A DNA stretch of 64,000 nt from Nitrospirota bacterium (GTDB lineage Bacteria; Nitrospirota; Nitrospiria; Nitrospirales; Nitrospiraceae), in the NCBI GenBank assembly GCA_963701855.1, contig CAVPBK010000003.1, positions 64,001-128,000 of the forward strand, given 5' to 3'. A program made the position numbers and the translations under genes. The stretch's first letter is position 1; every line of letters starts with the position of its first letter. Positions 45,682-56,196 of this stretch are shown here, piece by piece. Below the pieces are notes generated by a model. It searched no databases. It had not been told where the DNA came from and saw only the letters and a list, made by a program, of their open reading frames with translations.

Positions 45682-48600
45682 GTGGTCCGAACTCGCGTTG
45701 TTGTCGCTCTTATTGCCATTCTGCTGATCGGCGGCGGCGCGTTTCTCATTTTCTCGCCCTACCTGACTGGCGGCGAATATCTCAAAGATTTTTTCCTCCA
45801 ACAGCTGGAACAGAGTATCGGGCGCAAGATTGACGTCCAACGGATCAAACTGGTCCTGTTCCCCAGTATCCGATTGGAGCTGACGCAGGTCGCGATTCAT
45901 GAGAGGGATTCCGATGACATCGTGTTATCGGCCACGAAGCTGGATTTGGTCTTGCGGTTTCTCCCGCTATTGCGCAAACAGATAGTGGGGAAGCGGCTGC
46001 TCATCGAAGAACCGATCTTAACGCTTCGGCGCAATCGTGGCGGACACTGGAATCTTCTCGATCAGGTTGTCCAGGGGGGCTCAGCCGATCACGATGCCGT
46101 GCAGACGATCAGTCGGATCTTCCGCATTCATGAAGCCACACTGGTGAACGGGAAGCTGATCATCATCGACGACGCGCGGTCTGACGGGACTCGATCGATG
46201 ACATTCGAGTCGGTGGAGGCGTCACTGCTTATCAAAGCGGAGCGGGGACAGGCGGTTCTGAATGTCACCACCGGTTATGCGGGCGACAAGGGCCTGTCTG
46301 CCATTTCCCTGTCCGGGACGATCAGCACCGCTCAGCGGCAGACATTAGTGATTGGAGATTCCTCTGCTTCCGCGGTCACACTACAATTCGATGGCACCCT
46401 CGAAGCAGCCAATCTCGACCTTCGACAGGTGGCCGATTTATTCGGGCCGCGCCCGGTTCCGGAGCAGTTACAGGGCGCCGTCAATCTGCACAGTCACGTT
46501 CGGGCTGTCCCTGGCGTCGCGGGCTATGATGTTGTGTTGTCAGATCTATCCGCGAATCTCGAACAGCTGAGACTCGCAGGCCAAGCAAGCCTCTCAGGTG
46601 TGCTGACGCCTCAGCCCACGTTTGCAATCACCTTTGCGGCATCCCCGATCCAATTGAGCCAGTTGTTCACGACCGTGCCGGCCGAGTGGATGCATCCGGA
46701 GCTGCCGGTGATGATCAAAGACCGGGAGATGGATGGGATGGTGGAGGTTGTCTCGGCGACCATCACGGGAGCGGTGGCAGCAGGACCGCAGCTGTCGTTG
46801 ACGGGGGAATTTCGTGTGAACCAGGGGCAAGGCCTGATCGGAGACAATCGTGTCCCTGCCAAGGATTTGACGGCGGTGGTGTCGGTCGAAGCCGGCCGGG
46901 TCAAGGTGTCGAATCTGAACGGACTCTATGGCAGGATTCATATGAATGAGAGCAAGGCGCTCGTTTCATTTTTGGAGGCGGGGCCCTGGATCGAGTGGGA
47001 TATTACCGGGACGATGACCGCCGCAGACCTGCTGCAGCATCTTGCAAAAACCGTCAAGTCGGAACAGTTGTCGCATCTGTTGGCCGCCTCGCGTGACGTC
47101 GAAGGTATGACCGCTCTCACATTTCGTTTGGTCGGTCCGCTCAATCAACCGGGCGGTGTCACTTTTGCCGGGGGGGAGATTACCGTTCAGCATGCCAGTC
47201 TGACCCATCCGTCGTTGCCCGAACGGCTAACGGAGGTGCAAGGCCGATTCGTCCTGTCGGATGGAGGGACCATGTTCGATCAGGTGACAGGGCATTTTGG
47301 TGATCTGGACTTGCGGATCAATGGAGGTATCACGGAGGGCAGGGAGAGCGCGTTTCAAGATTTCCTGATTCGGATCACGGGCGATGCGCATCATATGGCC
47401 AAGTTGCTGCCTTCGCAAGCCGTTCCAGCCGGGATGATCGAAGGCTTACTCAACTGCGCCGTGGTGTTGACCGGGCCGACCCTATCGCCGCACGTACGGG
47501 GTGAGGTCGTCCTGACCGAATCAAAAGTAACGCTTCCCGGTCTGGCCGAAAAACCGATCGGCGCCCAAGCGACGGTGGAATTCGAGGGTGTGATTCCACA
47601 GGGCTCGGGGGTCTTGCTCGATCGACTTGAGCTGATCGTGCCGCCGATCCGACTGCCGGTCAAAGGTAAGATTCAACTGGGTGAACGATTCTCCATCGAC
47701 GCGGCGCTTTCTACCGGCACGCTGTTATTGTCCCGCGTGCCGGAATGGATTGCGAAGGGAGGGTTTGAGGCGGGGAATATTGAATTGTCGCTCGACATGA
47801 AGGGGAAAGGTCTCGACTGGAAAGCCTGGAGGAACACCGGGTGGCTTGCGTTGACCAATGGCCTGATGAACGTCAAGGGGGCCGAGGGACCGATCCAAGA
47901 CCTGTATCTGCGTGTCCACTTCGTGAAGAACGGCGTGGAGATCAAGCGGGTGTCGTTTCGTTTGCTCGACAGCGACGTTGATCTGGAAGGGACGATCCGC
48001 AACTGGGCGGTGAAACCGACGATTACCGCCAAGATCGAGTCCAATCAGATGGATCTCGACCTCCTCATTCCGAAAGGCGAGCGGTCGCCGATTCGAGAAT
48101 TTCTGGAAACTCTCGCAGCCACCAGCAAAGTTCAGGCAACCGCGTCGATGGCGCGCGGCCATTACAAGCATCTTAAATTTGGGGGTTTCTCCGCCAGGAT
48201 CACGATTCAAGACGGCGTGCTGGATGTGGATCGTTTGTCCAGCCGATTGCCCAGTGGAGAAGTGGCCGGACGTATTGTGGTGCAACTGCCTCGTAACGAG
48301 CCGGCAGAAGCCGAGCTCTCGGTTCGGGCAACGGGCTTACTGGTGGAAGATCTGTTGAAGTTTTTGGGCCCGAAAGCGCAAGAGGTTACGGGACAAGCTC
48401 GAGTGACGGGGACAATCCGCGGCCATGGGAAGAATCCGCACGGGCTCTATCCCACGTTAAACGGCAAGGTGGATGTCCTGCTCGAAGACGGACGCTTTTT
48501 AAAATCACAGGAACGAGCGATCTGGAAAATCATCAGCATTTTGAATCTGCCGGCTGTGCTGCAGGGAAAAGTGGATCTGGAAAAAGAGGGACTGCCCTAT

Positions 48601-49044
48601 CGCAAGATCACGGCGACGGTTCTCTTACGAAACGGGCTTTTCGAGACCGAGAACCTGATCATCGATAGCCCGATCGTCAAGATTACCGCTGCCGGCAACT
48701 ATGATCTGCCGACGGATCAAATCGATATGGTCTGGGCTGTCAGTCCGTTCGGATCCTATTCGCAATTCCTGAAAACCATTCCACTCTTCGGGCGGCTCTT
48801 TGCCGGCGACCGCAAAGGTCTTGCCACTGCTCTGTTCTCCGTCAAAGGATCAATCCAGGATCCAGAGGTGACATACTTACCGATGAAATCGTTCGCCACC
48901 GGCTTGACGGGCCTGGCGCAACTGGCTTTTGACATTTTGAAGAACACGGTCATGCTGCCGATCGACCTGATGACGCCCGATGAGGAGAGAGATACCGTCA
49001 AGGGCAGCGTACCCTCACCTGAACCTGTTCCCTCCGCGCCTTGA
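45682..49044 (+). CDS. AsmA-like / DUF3971 large periplasmic beta-taco protein
   Basis: N-terminal TM anchor, AsmA-like N domain (GRKI.V..I.L.LFP, GHWN), C-terminal AsmA_2-like region (IPLFG.LF.G...F.VKG...PEV). Confidence 0.85.
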   Translation: MVRTRVVVALIAILLIGGGAFLIFSPYLTGGEYLKDFFLQQLEQSIGRKIDVQRIKLVLFPSIRLELTQVAIHERDSDDIVLSATKLDLVLRFLPLLRKQIVGKRLLIEEPILTLRRNRGGHWNLLDQVVQGGSADHDAVQTISRIFRIHEATLVNGKLIIIDDARSDGTRSMTFESVEASLLIKAERGQAVLNVTTGYAGDKGLSAISLSGTISTAQRQTLVIGDSSASAVTLQFDGTLEAANLDLRQVADLFGPRPVPEQLQGAVNLHSHVRAVPGVAGYDVVLSDLSANLEQLRLAGQASLSGVLTPQPTFAITFAASPIQLSQLFTTVPAEWMHPELPVMIKDREMDGMVEVVSATITGAVAAGPQLSLTGEFRVNQGQGLIGDNRVPAKDLTAVVSVEAGRVKVSNLNGLYGRIHMNESKALVSFLEAGPWIEWDITGTMTAADLLQHLAKTVKSEQLSHLLAASRDVEGMTALTFRLVGPLNQPGGVTFAGGEITVQHASLTHPSLPERLTEVQGRFVLSDGGTMFDQVTGHFGDLDLRINGGITEGRESAFQDFLIRITGDAHHMAKLLPSQAVPAGMIEGLLNCAVVLTGPTLSPHVRGEVVLTESKVTLPGLAEKPIGAQATVEFEGVIPQGSGVLLDRLELIVPPIRLPVKGKIQLGERFSIDAALSTGTLLLSRVPEWIAKGGFEAGNIELSLDMKGKGLDWKAWRNTGWLALTNGLMNVKGAEGPIQDLYLRVHFVKNGVEIKRVSFRLLDSDVDLEGTIRNWAVKPTITAKIESNQMDLDLLIPKGERSPIREFLETLAATSKVQATASMARGHYKHLKFGGFSARITIQDGVLDVDRLSSRLPSGEVAGRIVVQLPRNEPAEAELSVRATGLLVEDLLKFLGPKAQEVTGQARVTGTIRGHGKNPHGLYPTLNGKVDVLLEDGRFLKSQERAIWKIISILNLPAVLQGKVDLEKEGLPYRKITATVLLRNGLFETENLIIDSPIVKITAAGNYDLPTDQIDMVWAVSPFGSYSQFLKTIPLFGRLFAGDRKGLATALFSVKGSIQDPEVTYLPMKSFATGLTGLAQLAFDILKNTVMLPIDLMTPDEERDTVKGSVPSPEPVPSAP

Positions 49045-49085
49045 CCGACCTTCCCCCCCGTGCTAGATTCCGACCAGCATTCACT

Positions 49086-50231
49086 ATGGCGTCATCCACT
49101 TCGCACTCTCAACGTGCCACCGTGTTCATCGCTGCCAGCGAGATCGACTCCAATCTCTATTACGCCACGAAGTTTATTGCGCCGGACCCCTTTATCTATT
49201 TGGAGATTAAGGGGGAGCGGATCCTGGTGATGAGCGATCTAGAAATGGATCGAGCGAAGAGTCAATCGTCTGTCGATCGGGTGCTGTCGTATTCAGAAGT
49301 AGAAGGGCGTGCAAAGACACAAGGTATTGCCGAGCCGGGTACGGTCGAGGTAGTTCATATTCTCTTGAGAGAAGCCGGCATCACTCAGATCCTAGTCCCG
49401 GCAAACTTTGCTTTCGGCCACGCCCTCAAGTTTCAGTCCTTAGGGTATCAGCTGTATCCAAAACGAGACCCGTTCTATGAAGAACGGGTTGTGAAAACTG
49501 CCGAGGAAGTCCGCTATATCGAAGCCGCTCAGCGCGCGACTGAACAGGCGGTTGCGGCTGCCCACGACATGCTGCGTCAGGCCTCGATCAATAAGGATCA
49601 ACTGTGGTTCGATGGGATACCGCTGACGTCGGAGCGTGTGAAGAAGCTGATTAATGTCACATTGATGGAGTGCGATTGTGTTGCCCAGCATACCATCGTC
49701 GCCGGGGGAGAGCAGGCCTGCGATCCGCACAACGAAGGTAGCGGGCCGTTGCCGGCCCACCGCAGCATTATCTTCGATGTGTTTCCTCGGTCGGCCACCA
49801 ACCGGTATTTCGCAGACATGTCCAGAACCGTGGTGCGGGGGATCCCGAGCCCCGAACTGAAGCGGCTCTATCAAACGGTCTTGGATGCGCAAGAAGAGGC
49901 CATCACGAAAGTCAAAGATGGCGCGGATGGGAAGAGGATTCATCAAGGAATCTTGACCAGGTTTGAAAAAGCCGGATACAAGACAGGCTTAGTGAACGGT
50001 CGCATGCAGGGCTACTTTCACGGCACTGGCCATGGGGTCGGACTCGACATCCATGAAATGCCGCGCATTAGCCGTACCGGGTCACTGCTTCAAGAAGGCC
50101 ACGTCGTCACCGTCGAGCCGGGTCTCTACTACCCCGGCCTCGGAGCCGTGCGGATCGAGGACATGGTGCTCGTCACGAAAGACGGGTGCCGCAATCTGAC
50201 GAACTTTCCGAAGATTTTCGAGCTGGACTGA
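49086..50231 (+). CDS. Xaa-Pro aminopeptidase family (M24)
   Basis: YFADMSRT, HGTGHGVGLDIHE, TVEPGLY, RIED. Confidence 0.94.
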   Translation: MASSTSHSQRATVFIAASEIDSNLYYATKFIAPDPFIYLEIKGERILVMSDLEMDRAKSQSSVDRVLSYSEVEGRAKTQGIAEPGTVEVVHILLREAGITQILVPANFAFGHALKFQSLGYQLYPKRDPFYEERVVKTAEEVRYIEAAQRATEQAVAAAHDMLRQASINKDQLWFDGIPLTSERVKKLINVTLMECDCVAQHTIVAGGEQACDPHNEGSGPLPAHRSIIFDVFPRSATNRYFADMSRTVVRGIPSPELKRLYQTVLDAQEEAITKVKDGADGKRIHQGILTRFEKAGYKTGLVNGRMQGYFHGTGHGVGLDIHEMPRISRTGSLLQEGHVVTVEPGLYYPGLGAVRIEDMVLVTKDGCRNLTNFPKIFELD

Positions 50232-50282
50232 CATGAGCTATCAGCTTTCAGCTCGCTGATGGCTGAAGGTTGAACGTCACCC

Positions 50283-51257
50283 ATGCACCTGACCTTCACG
50301 ATTCAACGATTCAATCCTGAAGTCGATTCCACCGCCCATCCTCAAGAGATCCGGCTTGACGTTGGCCGCGGGATGACGGTGCTCGATGCATTGATTCGTA
50401 TCAAGAACGAGTGCGATGGAAGTTTGGCCCTCCGCTATTCCTGCCGCTCTGCGATTTGCGGCTCTTGTGCGATGACGATCAATGGCAGCGAGAAACTGGC
50501 TTGCCGCACCTCCCTCCGAAAAGAACTTGAACGGCACGGACATATCGCGATCGCGCCGCTTCGCAATTTGCCGGTGATCAAGGACCTGGTCGTGGACATG
50601 GCGTCGTTCTGGGAGAAGATTCGCGACGGACATCCATGGCTGGAGTCAGGAACCCGGCCTGCAGATGAGGGCGTGCCTGTTCAGATGCAGGCGCAAGGCC
50701 ATGCCAATCCGCAGTTTCACAACGTGGATGCCTGCATCATGTGCGGCGCCTGTGTTGCGGCTTGTACCGTGTATGAAGTTTCAAAGGGGTTTATCGGCCC
50801 GGCAGCCTTGGCGAAGGCCGATCGCTTCCTGTCCGACCCACGGGAGTCTCATGCGTCGACAAGGGCTAGACTTTCGGTTCTTCAAGACGAACATGGGATC
50901 TGGGACTGCACACGCTGCAACTTCTGCGTGGAGGTTTGTCCGAAAGATGTCAAACCCATGGAGGCGATTATTCGGTTGCGGCGTGCCTCACTCGAACGAG
51001 GCATGACGACGACCGGCGGCGCGCGGCACATTCTCGGCTTTACCGAGTTGGTTGAACAGCAAGGGCGATTGAACGAAGCGATCATGCCGCTGAAAGTAGT
51101 CGGGTTCGCACCGCGAGGTCTGTTGCATATCCTGCCTCTGGGTATGAAGATGTTCTTCAGAGGGAAAATACCCAACCCATTTGGGCAGGCGCTTCCCGGG
51201 CTTAGCCAGCTCCACTCCTTTATCGAGCGAGTGCGACGTGCCACGTCGCCGGGCTGA
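50283..51257 (+). CDS. sdhB: Succinate dehydrogenase/fumarate reductase iron-sulfur subunit
   Basis: SCRSAICGSC, LAC, CIMCGACVAAC, CTRCNFCVEVCP; C-terminal extension. Confidence 0.9.
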   Translation: MHLTFTIQRFNPEVDSTAHPQEIRLDVGRGMTVLDALIRIKNECDGSLALRYSCRSAICGSCAMTINGSEKLACRTSLRKELERHGHIAIAPLRNLPVIKDLVVDMASFWEKIRDGHPWLESGTRPADEGVPVQMQAQGHANPQFHNVDACIMCGACVAACTVYEVSKGFIGPAALAKADRFLSDPRESHASTRARLSVLQDEHGIWDCTRCNFCVEVCPKDVKPMEAIIRLRRASLERGMTTTGGARHILGFTELVEQQGRLNEAIMPLKVVGFAPRGLLHILPLGMKMFFRGKIPNPFGQALPGLSQLHSFIERVRRATSPG

Positions 51258-51262
51258 CGTCG

Positions 51263-51697
51263 ATGGCCTGGACATTTCGATTTCTTGAAGAGATTGCCCT
51301 GGCCGATATCGCTTTCGAGGCCGAGGGGGAGTCGGTCGAGGAGGTCTTTCGCGGTGCGACGCAGGCCATTCTAGAGAGCATGGCAAATCCTTCTACGGTG
51401 TCGGGAGAATGGGAGCGCGCGATTGAACAGAGCGATGTGGACCTGTCGATATTGTTATTCGATTGGCTGTCGGAGGTGGTCTATTGGAAAGACGCCGAAG
51501 GAGTGGTCTTCCGAGAGGCGCCGCTCACTCTGGCGTGGGAGGGGGACGTCTGGCTGTTGCACGCACGTCTGATCGGTGCCCCCGTGGATCATCAGACGCA
51601 AGAACTCCACGCCGATGTGAAAGGCGTCACGAAACATCTCTACGAGCTCAAGCAGACAGACAGTGGCTGGAAGGTGCGCGTAGTGCTCGACGTATGA
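51263..51697 (+). CDS. Archease
   Basis: AD..FEA.G, LLFDWLSE, DVKGVT.H, VVLDV C-terminus; adjacent to rtcB. Confidence 0.92.
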   Translation: MAWTFRFLEEIALADIAFEAEGESVEEVFRGATQAILESMANPSTVSGEWERAIEQSDVDLSILLFDWLSEVVYWKDAEGVVFREAPLTLAWEGDVWLLHARLIGAPVDHQTQELHADVKGVTKHLYELKQTDSGWKVRVVLDV

Positions 51698-51734
51698 TGG
51701 GACGTGAGAAGGGCTGAGAGCTGAGAGAAGCGCC

Positions 51735-51776
51735 ATAGACCAGATAGACAAAACAGACGAGATAGACGAAATAGAC
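51735..51776. repeat. Family C 9-nt degenerate ladder
   Basis: atagaccag atagacaaa acagacgag atagacgaa atagac. Confidence 0.7.
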
Positions 51777-51786
51777 CCTCTCTAAC

Positions 51787-53238
51787 ATGAATCTCAACAC
51801 CGACATGACGGTCAATCGAATTACGGACGAGATCTGGGAAATCCCCATCTCTGAAAAACCAGGCATGTTGGTGCCCGCCAGGATTTATGCTGCCGGGGAG
51901 ATTCTTCAGGCCATGGACTCCGGGGTCTTCGATCAGGTCACCAATGTCGCCTGCCTGCCCGGTATTCGCCGGTATGCGCTCTGTATGCCTGACGGGCATT
52001 GGGGCTATGGATTTCCGATCGGAGGTGTCGCGGCGTTCGACGTGCAGGACGGCGTCATTTCTCCCGGCGGTGTGGGCTACGATATCAACTGCGGCATGCG
52101 GCTGATTCGAACAGATTTGACGTTGGCGGACGTGCAGCCTCATCTGGAACAGCTCATGACCGAACTCTTTCGGAAGGTGCCGGCCGGCGTCGGGGCGAGC
52201 GGATTCGTTCGGCTCTCAGGCGAGGAGTTTGGCCGTGTGATGACCCATGGGGCCAGGTGGTGTGTGGAGAGAGGATACGGCTGGCATCAGGATCTCGCCC
52301 GTATGGAAGAAGGCGGCTGCATCGAAGGGGCCGATCCATCGAGTGTGACCGATCACGCGATTAAACGAGGCATCAATCAGCTGGGGACTTTGGGGTCGGG
52401 CAATCACTACCTCGAAGTCCAGGTGGTCTCGAACGAGCGGATATTCGATCCGGTCACGGCGGCGGCGTTCGGCATCACCGGCCACGAGCAGATCGTGGTG
52501 ATGGTGCATTGCGGTTCGCGCGGGTTCGGCCATCAGGTGGCGAGCGACTATCTAAAAGTATTTGAAAAGTCCATGCGCCGCTACGGCATCACCGTGAAGG
52601 ATCAGCAATTGGCCTGTGCGCCGTTTCGATCTCCCGAGGGGCAGGAGTATTTTTCCGCCATGAATTGTGCCGCGAACACAGCCTTTGCTAATCGTCAAGT
52701 CATCACGCATCAGATTCGCGAGGCCTTTGCGACGGTTTTCGGTCGGTCCGCCGAGGCACTGGGAATGGAGTTGGTGTACGACGTGGCGCATAACATCGCC
52801 AAGGTCGAACGGTATCCGGAAGGGGAGCTGGTGGTGCATCGCAAAGGAGCGACCAGGGCATTTGGGCCGGGGAGTCCAGAATTGCCAGAAATATTCCGGC
52901 AGACAGGCCAGCCGGTTATCTGTGGCGGTTCGATGGAGACCGGCTCATACCTGTTGGTGGGAACCGATCACGCGGTGCGCGACACGTTTGGATCGACGAT
53001 GCACGGGGCCGGGAGAACAATGTCCCGCGCGCAAGCGAAGAGATCGGTTCGTGGCGCGGAGCTGCAACAGCAGATGAAACAGCGCGGCATTCTGGTCAAG
53101 GCCGTGTCGATGTCGGGTCTCGCAGAGGAAGCCGGCTTGGCCTACAAAAATATCTCTGACGTGGTGGAATCGGTCGATCGTGCGGGAATTACAAAAAAAG
53201 TGGCAGAATTACGTCCAATAGGGAATATAAAAGGGTAA
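51787..53238 (+). CDS. rtcB: RNA ligase RtcB
   Basis: PDGHWGYGFPIG, GYDINCG, GTLGSGNHYLE, HCGSRG, HRKGATRA, HGAGR. Confidence 0.97.
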   Translation: MNLNTDMTVNRITDEIWEIPISEKPGMLVPARIYAAGEILQAMDSGVFDQVTNVACLPGIRRYALCMPDGHWGYGFPIGGVAAFDVQDGVISPGGVGYDINCGMRLIRTDLTLADVQPHLEQLMTELFRKVPAGVGASGFVRLSGEEFGRVMTHGARWCVERGYGWHQDLARMEEGGCIEGADPSSVTDHAIKRGINQLGTLGSGNHYLEVQVVSNERIFDPVTAAAFGITGHEQIVVMVHCGSRGFGHQVASDYLKVFEKSMRRYGITVKDQQLACAPFRSPEGQEYFSAMNCAANTAFANRQVITHQIREAFATVFGRSAEALGMELVYDVAHNIAKVERYPEGELVVHRKGATRAFGPGSPELPEIFRQTGQPVICGGSMETGSYLLVGTDHAVRDTFGSTMHGAGRTMSRAQAKRSVRGAELQQQMKQRGILVKAVSMSGLAEEAGLAYKNISDVVESVDRAGITKKVAELRPIGNIKG

Positions 53239-53262
53239 CAGTCTGCCATTCTTGAAGGCGCG

Positions 53263-53619
53263 ATGATGGAACAACGAAAGAACCTCCGGTTTCCCGTCAA
53301 GTTTTGTAGTTCATTTTCTTCCATCGGCATGGTCGGCGGAGAGGGCAGCGTCCTCGATCTCTCCTTTAGGGGTTGTCGCATCGAAAGCTCCATCGATGTT
53401 CAGCCAGGAGCCTCCCTGGATGTTCGGATCAAGGTGGTAGAGAACGAATCCCCCATTCATATTCAGGCTGCGCTTGTTCGGTGGAGCCGAGGACGGGAAT
53501 TTGGCCTTGAGTTTGAGGTGATTGCTCCGACAGAATGGGCTCACCTTCAGGAATTCGTGAAGCAGCTCGAACTGGAACCCTACCAACGAACGCAACAGCA
53601 AAAAGAAGCCGGCATGTAG
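53263..53619 (+). CDS. PilZ-domain protein
   Basis: EQRKNLR (RxxxR) and DLSFRG (DxSxxG) motifs, VRW...FGLEF. Confidence 0.9.
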   Translation: MMEQRKNLRFPVKFCSSFSSIGMVGGEGSVLDLSFRGCRIESSIDVQPGASLDVRIKVVENESPIHIQAALVRWSRGREFGLEFEVIAPTEWAHLQEFVKQLELEPYQRTQQQKEAGM

Positions 53620-53865
53620 CAGAAAACCTCAAAAACTCTGTTCTCATCCGACCAATCCCAGCGGCTCCTTCCTCATCTGCCACGAATTTTCCAAGACCGC
53701 CTCTTTGCCCTGGGAGATATCGTTTGCCCAGCGGTGTTCTCGCGTCGTTCAGATCCACAACGTACCGACCTCCTCGGTTGGCCCGTCTCGCTCTTCACGG
53801 TTCGTGCACGGTGACTTTTCACAATGCGAAAGTTATACTTCGAGTGATACGTGTAAGCCGGTGGG

Positions 53866-54330
53866 ATGGAGGCCAGTGGTGTGAAGAGTTATATCGAAGG
53901 GTTAGGGTTATGGGGGATAATAGGAATCGGGTTGCTTGCCATATCCATTGCGGTCGCAGCTGAAGCATCGGATAAGCCGGTGACGGGTGACACGGTGATC
54001 CGGGAAACGCAGGAGGCGGTGACGGCTACTAAGGACTATACGATTCAGCAGAAAGATGCGTTTCAACGAAAGATTCAGACGGAACTGGACGAAATGCAAG
54101 TGCGCATCACGCAGTTCCGTGGACAGGTTAAACATGCGTCTACTGAAACACGAACAGATATCCAGAAGGCGATCGCGGAATTAGAAAAGAAAAAATATTT
54201 GGCCAATAAAAAAGCGCAAGACATTCATTCTGCAACGGCTTCTTCCTGGGAGCAGGTGAAGTCGAAAACGACGGCTGCGATGGACGACCTTCGAGATTCT
54301 TTCACACGAGCCCGGTCTCATCTCCCGTGA
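53866..54330 (+). CDS. Secreted helical hypothetical protein
   Basis: Signal-peptide-like N-terminus, amphipathic coiled coil ending SWEQVK...A.DDL...F..A. Confidence 0.7.
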   Translation: MEASGVKSYIEGLGLWGIIGIGLLAISIAVAAEASDKPVTGDTVIRETQEAVTATKDYTIQQKDAFQRKIQTELDEMQVRITQFRGQVKHASTETRTDIQKAIAELEKKKYLANKKAQDIHSATASSWEQVKSKTTAAMDDLRDSFTRARSHLP

Positions 54331-54340
54331 CGGTCGATCA

Positions 54341-55225
54341 ATGAAATATGCCCTCTACCCTGGTTGTGCAGCCCAAGGGGCGACGCCGGAACTCTATCAA
54401 TCGACAAGGGCGATCATCGGCCGATTGGGGATCGAGGTCGTCGAACTCTCTGCCGCGGCCTGTTGTGGCGCGGGAGTTGTGACGGAAGCGCATCCCGATA
54501 TGGCGCTGGCGCTGAATGCCAGGACATTTGCGCAAGCGGAGGCGCTCGGTCTAGATGTTATGACGATCTGCGGCACCTGCCAAGGGGTAATGAGCGCAGC
54601 CAACCGACGATTGAAGACAGAGACAGAGACCCTGGATCGCATCAACACCCTCCTGGCGCCGGATGGCCTGGCCTACCACGGTCATGTCCAAGTCAAACAT
54701 CTGTTGTGGATTGTGGTGCGGGATATCGGGCTGGCTCGCCTGGGCGAACTGACCTCCGTGCCGATGCGAGACTTTCACATCGCTCCGTTTTACGGTTGCT
54801 ACATCCTGCGTCCATCATGGGATCTGGGATTCGACGATCCTGAGAACCCCCAATCCCTTGAGCGCCTCATCACAGCGGTCGGTGGCGAACCGGTGGCTTA
54901 TGAAGGAAGGACCAAGTGCTGTGGGTTTCCCATCATCCTCGAAAAGGAAGCTATTGCCGTGGCCATGTCAGGGATGCATATGAGTGAGGCCAAGAATCAC
55001 GGGGCAGATTTCATGGTGACACCCTGTCCACTCTGTCACATGAGTTTGGATATTTATCAGGAACGGGCTGGTCGCGCGGTAAACCGTGAACTCCACTTAC
55101 CGATCTTGCATGTGCCGCAGCTACTCGGTCTGGCGATGGGGCTTCCAGCCAAGGATTTGGGGCTCTCGCATCATGTGATCTCGGTCGATTCTATTTTGGC
55201 GACGTTGGAGCGGCGTCGAACATAA
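54341..55225 (+). CDS. CCG-domain protein (HdrB/SdhE-like membrane anchor)
   Basis: YALYPGC, CCGAG, CGTC, FYGCYI.RP, CCGF, TPCPLC, QLLGLAMG. Confidence 0.92.
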   Translation: MKYALYPGCAAQGATPELYQSTRAIIGRLGIEVVELSAAACCGAGVVTEAHPDMALALNARTFAQAEALGLDVMTICGTCQGVMSAANRRLKTETETLDRINTLLAPDGLAYHGHVQVKHLLWIVVRDIGLARLGELTSVPMRDFHIAPFYGCYILRPSWDLGFDDPENPQSLERLITAVGGEPVAYEGRTKCCGFPIILEKEAIAVAMSGMHMSEAKNHGADFMVTPCPLCHMSLDIYQERAGRAVNRELHLPILHVPQLLGLAMGLPAKDLGLSHHVISVDSILATLERRRT

Positions 55226-55316
55226 CAGCAACCCTCCTAGCAGGCTGCAGGAAAACTCGGTGTATACATACAATACTCTTGTGCTATTTCAGATGGAGTG
55301 AATGCCTCAATAACAT

Positions 55317-55437
55317 CAGGATGCTCAAAAAGTCTGTCCAGCAAGGCCGCAGCGAGCGAAGAGGCGAGGCGTACGCTTCGGTACGTTGAGCCTCTGAGCG
55401 ACGTGAGAACGCCGCTGAGGACTTTTTCAGCATCCTG
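55317..55437. repeat. Family A repeat (opposite orientation to 199-323)
   Basis: CAGGATGCTCAAAAAGT...ACTTTTTCAGCATCCTG; internal gcgtacgcttcggtacgttgag. Confidence 0.85.
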
Positions 55438-55453
55438 CTAAAGGAGTCGGCGA

Positions 55454-55774
55454 ATGAAGGTGGTCAACCTTTCGGACTATCAGCAGTTCAGTAGTGAGAA
55501 GATGAAGAAGAACAATCTGTTTCAGACGCCACGATTCTTCTGCGACATCTACTGCTTCGAACCGGGACAGGAACAGAAGGGCCATATCCACGGTGAGCAG
55601 GATAAGGTCTATCTCGTGCTTGAGGGACAGGGCACCTTTCAAGTCGGCTCAGAAAAACAGGTGCTGGGTCCAGGGCAGGGAACCATGGCGCCGGCCGGGG
55701 AAGAGCACGGCGTGAAGAACCACACAGGCCAGCGTCTGAAAGTCCTTGTGTTCGTGGCGCCGAATCAGATGTGA
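55454..55774 (+). CDS. Cupin-domain protein
   Basis: PGQ...HIH...Y.VLEG.G and P.GE.HGV.N cupin motifs. Confidence 0.9.
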   Translation: MKVVNLSDYQQFSSEKMKKNNLFQTPRFFCDIYCFEPGQEQKGHIHGEQDKVYLVLEGQGTFQVGSEKQVLGPGQGTMAPAGEEHGVKNHTGQRLKVLVFVAPNQM

Positions 55775-55776
55775 GG

Positions 55777-55872
55777 AGGGAGCGGCCAGGTGCCCTTCTT
55801 GCTCGCAGGACGCGCACGGTGAGACGGTGCTCGTCCGATGCGCGCAGTAAAGGGCAGCCTTGGCCACTCCCT
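55777..55872. repeat. Family B intergenic repeat
   Basis: gagcggccaggtgcccttcttgctcgcag...cgatgcgcgcagtaaagggcagccttggccactccct; copies at about 42598, 57390 and (inverted, partial) 61984. Confidence 0.75.
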
Positions 55873-56196
55873 CCAGGAGAAGCATTAGAAATCGGGAGAC
55901 CCTCACCTGGGGAGATGGGAACCCGATCTGTCAACGACGCGCCAGTTCTGCTTGTCGCTCTTGTCCATGTGGGTTGCCCGTCCGGCCAACAAAGTTGACC
56001 AGATAGCCCCCCTCGTACTTCATAGTCCATGGCCGCTTTCGTATGAAGCTCTGGGCAGCAGCTCCTTATCGCAGCGTTTGACATGCTATCTCCACGCGAA
56101 ATGCTTCCATTTCCGTTTTCCGTTCGTTGATTTTATAGAATGAACAGGGTATCTACTTTCAGCTTTGTGGTGGAGTGAGCATCGTGGAGGAGAAGC

